Translations under genes and position numbers: made by a program
Assembly (NCBI GenBank): GCA_050011295.1
Contig: JBEKJJ010000003.1
Location: 14,406 to 78,405, forward strand
Length of the DNA stretch: 64,000 bases
Origin: Bryobacteraceae bacterium
Lineage (GTDB): Bacteria; Acidobacteriota; Terriglobia; Bryobacterales; Bryobacteraceae
Reading direction: 5' to 3'
Notes under the pieces: generated by a model
Told to the model about the DNA's origin: nothing
Database searches by the model: none
What the model saw: the letters and a program-made list of their open reading frames with translations, nothing else
Part shown: positions 60,864-64,000 of the stretch, one piece after another
Numbering within the stretch: position 1 is the stretch's first letter
Layout: each line of letters starts with the position of its first letter

Positions 60864-62401
60864 GCTTTTACCTTGGTCATGGCGAGCTGCATCTGATAAG
60901 TTTCACGAAACGTGTCGGCGATGCGCTCCACGGCCCATAACTCGAGATCCAGATCCATCGCGGATTGGAGCGACACCAGCATCGATCCGTTGCGGAGCTG
61001 TACATCGATTCCGGCCACGCGCTGTTCATGGCTGCGATCCAGGCTGTCGGCGATTCTGAGCAGCGGCGTCAGCAGCGTAATGGCGCGGCGCGAATCGGCG
61101 TCGAAGGTTTGAAACGGCGCGTGGCGGGCCGCGGGCATGGATTTTCTGTGATAGCGGCACAACAGTGCGATAATCTGGCGCTCGTTATCGGTAAATTCCG
61201 GCAGATCCGAGTGCGCCACCAGGTAATAGGAATGCTTGTGGTGGGCGGTGTCGCTGACGTAATGCCCGATGTCGTGCAGATACGCGGACGCTTCCAGCAG
61301 TTTGCCGAACGCCGGCGGCAGGTGATGCACGGGCTGCAGCGCTTCGAAAAGCCCGTGCGCCAAATCGGCGACCTTGCGGGCGTGTTGGATATCCACTCCG
61401 TAGTGGCGCGCCATCTGTTCCACCACGCGGCGCTGGTCGCGGTTGAGCATGCTGAGCTCGCGGCCCACGCCGCGCGCCGTGAGATCCGCGATGATTCCAT
61501 CCCGCACGCCGGCCGCTGAATAATGCAGCGCGGGTTGTTGGAACAGCTCCAGCACCTTCAGAAAAACGGCGGCGCCGGAAATAATCAACTCCGCGCGGCG
61601 TGGTCCGATGCCCTGTATCTTGCGGCGCCCGGCCAAATCGAGCTGCGACACCTGACGATAGAATTTGCGAATTTCGGCCACCGAAGCTTTGAGGCGATCC
61701 GCTTCCTCGCGGCGCGACCTTCCCACCCGGTTCACCGCGCAAACGATGGCCGCGGCGGTGGCCGACGTGGCGATCACTCGGTCGCACGGGGCTTTGCCGA
61801 TGCGCCGCAACGGCGCGGCCAGCTTTTCTTCGATGGATTCGTTCATGCGGTGCAATTCCAGCGGCGCCGGCGGGTCGCTTTTCAGAAACACCTCCGTGAG
61901 ACGCACGGCTCCGAGCGGCTTCGAAAACGCTTCCGCGAGTGCGCCATCTTCGCTCAAAATAAGCTCCGCGCTTCCGCCGCCGACATCCACGATCAGAACC
62001 CGTTTACCCGGCTGCGGCCAACTGGCCTGCACCCCAAGGTGAATTAGCCGCGCCTCTTCTGGTCCCGAGATGATCTCCACCGGCGTGCCCAAGGCGCTGG
62101 ATGCCTTCTCGACGAACTCATGCTGGTTGTTGGCATCACGCACCGCGCTGGTGGCCACTGCGCGTACGCCGATCACTTCCAGCCTGCGATAGACTTGCGC
62201 CATGCGCGCCAGATTTTCGCAAACAAACTGCATGGTCTCGGCCGGGATCCGTCCGTCTTGAAACACGCCGGCGCCCAAGCGCGTCACCTGGCGTTCCGCT
62301 GCCAGAATTGTGGTGGGTACGCCTGGGCCCGTCTCAGCGGCGAGCATGCGGACTGAGTTGCTGCCGATATCGAAGGCAGCGTAGCGGGGCATACTGTCCA
62401 T
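60860..62401 (-). CDS. ppx: Exopolyphosphatase / Ppx-GppA family phosphatase with HD domain
   Basis: YAAFDIGSNSVRML, VDVGGGSAE (ASKHA fold), and a C-terminal HD region (YLHDIGHYVSDTAHHKHSYYL). Confidence 0.9.
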   Translation of the reverse strand: MDSMPRYAAFDIGSNSVRMLAAETGPGVPTTILAAERQVTRLGAGVFQDGRIPAETMQFVCENLARMAQVYRRLEVIGVRAVATSAVRDANNQHEFVEKASSALGTPVEIISGPEEARLIHLGVQASWPQPGKRVLIVDVGGGSAELILSEDGALAEAFSKPLGAVRLTEVFLKSDPPAPLELHRMNESIEEKLAAPLRRIGKAPCDRVIATSATAAAIVCAVNRVGRSRREEADRLKASVAEIRKFYRQVSQLDLAGRRKIQGIGPRRAELIISGAAVFLKVLELFQQPALHYSAAGVRDGIIADLTARGVGRELSMLNRDQRRVVEQMARHYGVDIQHARKVADLAHGLFEALQPVHHLPPAFGKLLEASAYLHDIGHYVSDTAHHKHSYYLVAHSDLPEFTDNERQIIALLCRYHRKSMPAARHAPFQTFDADSRRAITLLTPLLRIADSLDRSHEQRVAGIDVQLRNGSMLVSLQSAMDLDLELWAVERIADTFRETYQMQLAMTKVKA

Positions 62402-62552
62402 GGTAAACGTTCCGGCGCTCTCAACGTGACGAAATTGTTAGTACCGAGTTAGCGCAACGTGATGGTACCTGTAACCGGATGTTTTTGTATAAGGCTGCGC
62501 GAGAACGCATCTTACTTACATCGAACAGGCCCACATCGAACAGGAGGAAAGA

Positions 62553-63875
62553 ATGCGGCTTCGCACTATATCGGTCTTGGCTATAAGTTCGGCGGTAGCG
62601 CTTGTTTTAATTCCAACGCAAGCGCATGCGGATCTGCTTTTAGATACAGGTTCTGTCACGAGCAACGCCACGGAACGCGATCCGGGCTCGATCGGTTTTG
62701 GCCAGGGTGTTTCGGTTACGGCCACTACTGACCTCACGCAATTCGCGATGTTCCTCGAGTCGCCCACCGGCGGGAACGTGAAGTACATGATCTGGGACGG
62801 GAGCAATACCAACTTGCTGCTTTCCGACATCGTGCCACTGACTGCGTCCACGTCGCCGGAGTGGATTCTTTCCGATCCATTGTCGCTGACTCTCTTGGGT
62901 GGAAATAGTTATTATTTTGGCGTCATCCAGGATTCCAACACGGAGCTCATCGCGCCCTTCTTTTTTCCACCATCCAGCATCACCGAGAACGGTCTCACCA
63001 CGCTCGACACCGGCAATTCAAATTACGAGGATTTCCTTTCGCCGGTTTTCTTGTCCATGGCCGGCGGCGGATTTCCGCTTCGACTCTACGGCACGCAGGC
63101 AATCGTCAATCCAGTTCCCGAACCCTCATCGGCTTTGTGGTTGACTAGCATTTTGTTGGCGGGTGTATGGAAACAGCTAAGCGATAGAACGCACCACGCC
63201 ACCATCCACGCGCAGGGCCGCGCCCGTGATGGCCGACGCCAGTGGACTACAGACGAACGCCACCAGCGCGGCAACCTCGGCGGGCGTGGCGAACCGTTTG
63301 ATCAGAGAGCTGGGACGAACGTCGCGAAAGAACTCGCGCTCCACGGCCGCGGTATCCGAGCCTTGACCGGCGGCGAGTTTCTCGACAAAATCTGTTACGC
63401 CCTCGGACGCAGTAGGGCCCGGGAGCACGGCGTTCACCGTCACTCCCGTGCCGGCCATGGTTTCAGCGAGACCGCGCGAGACTGCGAGCTGGGCGGTTTT
63501 GGTCATCCCGTAATGAATCATATCCACGGGAATCTGCAAACCGGATTCGCTCGAAATGAAGACAATGCGTCCCCAGTCTTTTTCCTTCATGGGAGCGATA
63601 TAGTGCCTCGAGAGACGCACGCCGCTGAGTACGTTGACTTCGAAGAACCGGCGCCAATCGTCATCGGTGATTTGATCGAATGGCTTCGGCTCAAAGATGC
63701 CAAGATTATTTACCAGGATGTCGACGCGAGGGTACTGCGCAATCAGCTTATGCGCTCCGGCCTCGGTAGCGAGATCGGCCGCCACTCCGTAAGCGGCTCT
63801 GCTGGACTTCATCGCGGCGTGGACGCGCTCCTCAGTGCGGCCGTTCACGATCACCGCGGCGCCTTCCTGCGCTAG
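62553..63875 (+). CDS. PEP-CTERM sorting-domain protein; ORF lacks a stop after the anchor and runs antisense through the SDR gene
   Basis: Signal MRLRTISVLAISSAVALVLIPTQAHA. NPVPEPSSALWLTSILLAGVWKQ gives a PEP motif plus TM helix at about 63111-63176. Only about the first 210 codons look genuine. The remaining roughly 230 codons overlap the SDR gene on the other strand. Confidence 0.5.
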   Translation: MRLRTISVLAISSAVALVLIPTQAHADLLLDTGSVTSNATERDPGSIGFGQGVSVTATTDLTQFAMFLESPTGGNVKYMIWDGSNTNLLLSDIVPLTASTSPEWILSDPLSLTLLGGNSYYFGVIQDSNTELIAPFFFPPSSITENGLTTLDTGNSNYEDFLSPVFLSMAGGGFPLRLYGTQAIVNPVPEPSSALWLTSILLAGVWKQLSDRTHHATIHAQGRARDGRRQWTTDERHQRGNLGGRGEPFDQRAGTNVAKELALHGRGIRALTGGEFLDKICYALGRSRAREHGVHRHSRAGHGFSETARDCELGGFGHPVMNHIHGNLQTGFARNEDNASPVFFLHGSDIVPRETHAAEYVDFEEPAPIVIGDLIEWLRLKDAKIIYQDVDARVLRNQLMRSGLGSEIGRHSVSGSAGLHRGVDALLSAAVHDHRGAFLR

Positions 63876-63953
63876 CGCCTGCGCGATTGCCAAGCCGATC
63901 CCAGCCGTGGAGCCGGTTACCAGTGCGGTCTTGCCCTTGAGTTGCAGGTCCAT
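63177..63953 (-). CDS. SDR-family oxidoreductase
   Basis: 258 aa. TALVTGSTAGIGLAIA (TGxxxGxG), NNLG, S...YGMTKTA (YxxxK), PGPT. Confidence 0.9.
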   Translation of the reverse strand: MDLQLKGKTALVTGSTAGIGLAIAQALAQEGAAVIVNGRTEERVHAAMKSSRAAYGVAADLATEAGAHKLIAQYPRVDILVNNLGIFEPKPFDQITDDDWRRFFEVNVLSGVRLSRHYIAPMKEKDWGRIVFISSESGLQIPVDMIHYGMTKTAQLAVSRGLAETMAGTGVTVNAVLPGPTASEGVTDFVEKLAAGQGSDTAAVEREFFRDVRPSSLIKRFATPAEVAALVAFVCSPLASAITGAALRVDGGVVRSIA

Positions 63954-64000
63954 GCGGAGTTAGATGCTCAGATGCGCATGATGGCTGCACTAACTGGTTT

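Overview
GC-rich chromosomal segment that looks acidobacterial. This rests on four ADOP-type duplicated FtsX permeases ending in ALRYE, a Solibacter-type C-terminal domain, and two PEP-CTERM proteins. All calls come from reading the translations and motifs by eye; no database search was run.

Layout:
- 1-655: VOC-protein fragment and a parDE toxin-antitoxin pair.
- 678-14847, minus strand: a large efflux cluster with a MacA-like adaptor, two ABC ATPases, three ADOP permeases, a DUF4097-like protein, and a histidine kinase plus sigma-54-dependent response regulator. Two candidate -24/-12 promoters lie inside it. A third sits in front of an orphan ADOP permease at 29155-31620.
- 15003-29150: a TonB-like protein, PEP-CTERM protein 1, an envelope-sugar gene set (wecA-like, GT2, wecB, rfbB, ydcF-like), a TPR protein, a 7-heme cytochrome, an FG-GAP protein and a sugar epimerase.
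- 32074-34836: a compact SecA paralog and decayed toxin-antitoxin remnants.
- 35790-49881: an ECF sigma/anti-sigma pair translationally coupled to a full T2SS-like operon (gspE, F, G, H, I, J, K, L, M, a C-like gene, D). A REP-flanked RAYT transposase interrupts it between gspE and gspF.
- 50393-56026: two large secreted proteins that are plausible cargo.
- Remainder: tRNA-Gln, msrPQ, ppx with a frameshifted CHAD gene, PEP-CTERM protein 2, and an SDR oxidoreductase.

Most unusual signals:
- A family of heptamer-periodic palindromic repeats. Two copies are embedded in pseudopilin leader-coding regions as inverted copies bracketing gspH-gspI.
- The sigma-54 promoter set.
- A Gly/Met/Tyr-rich insert in the secretin.
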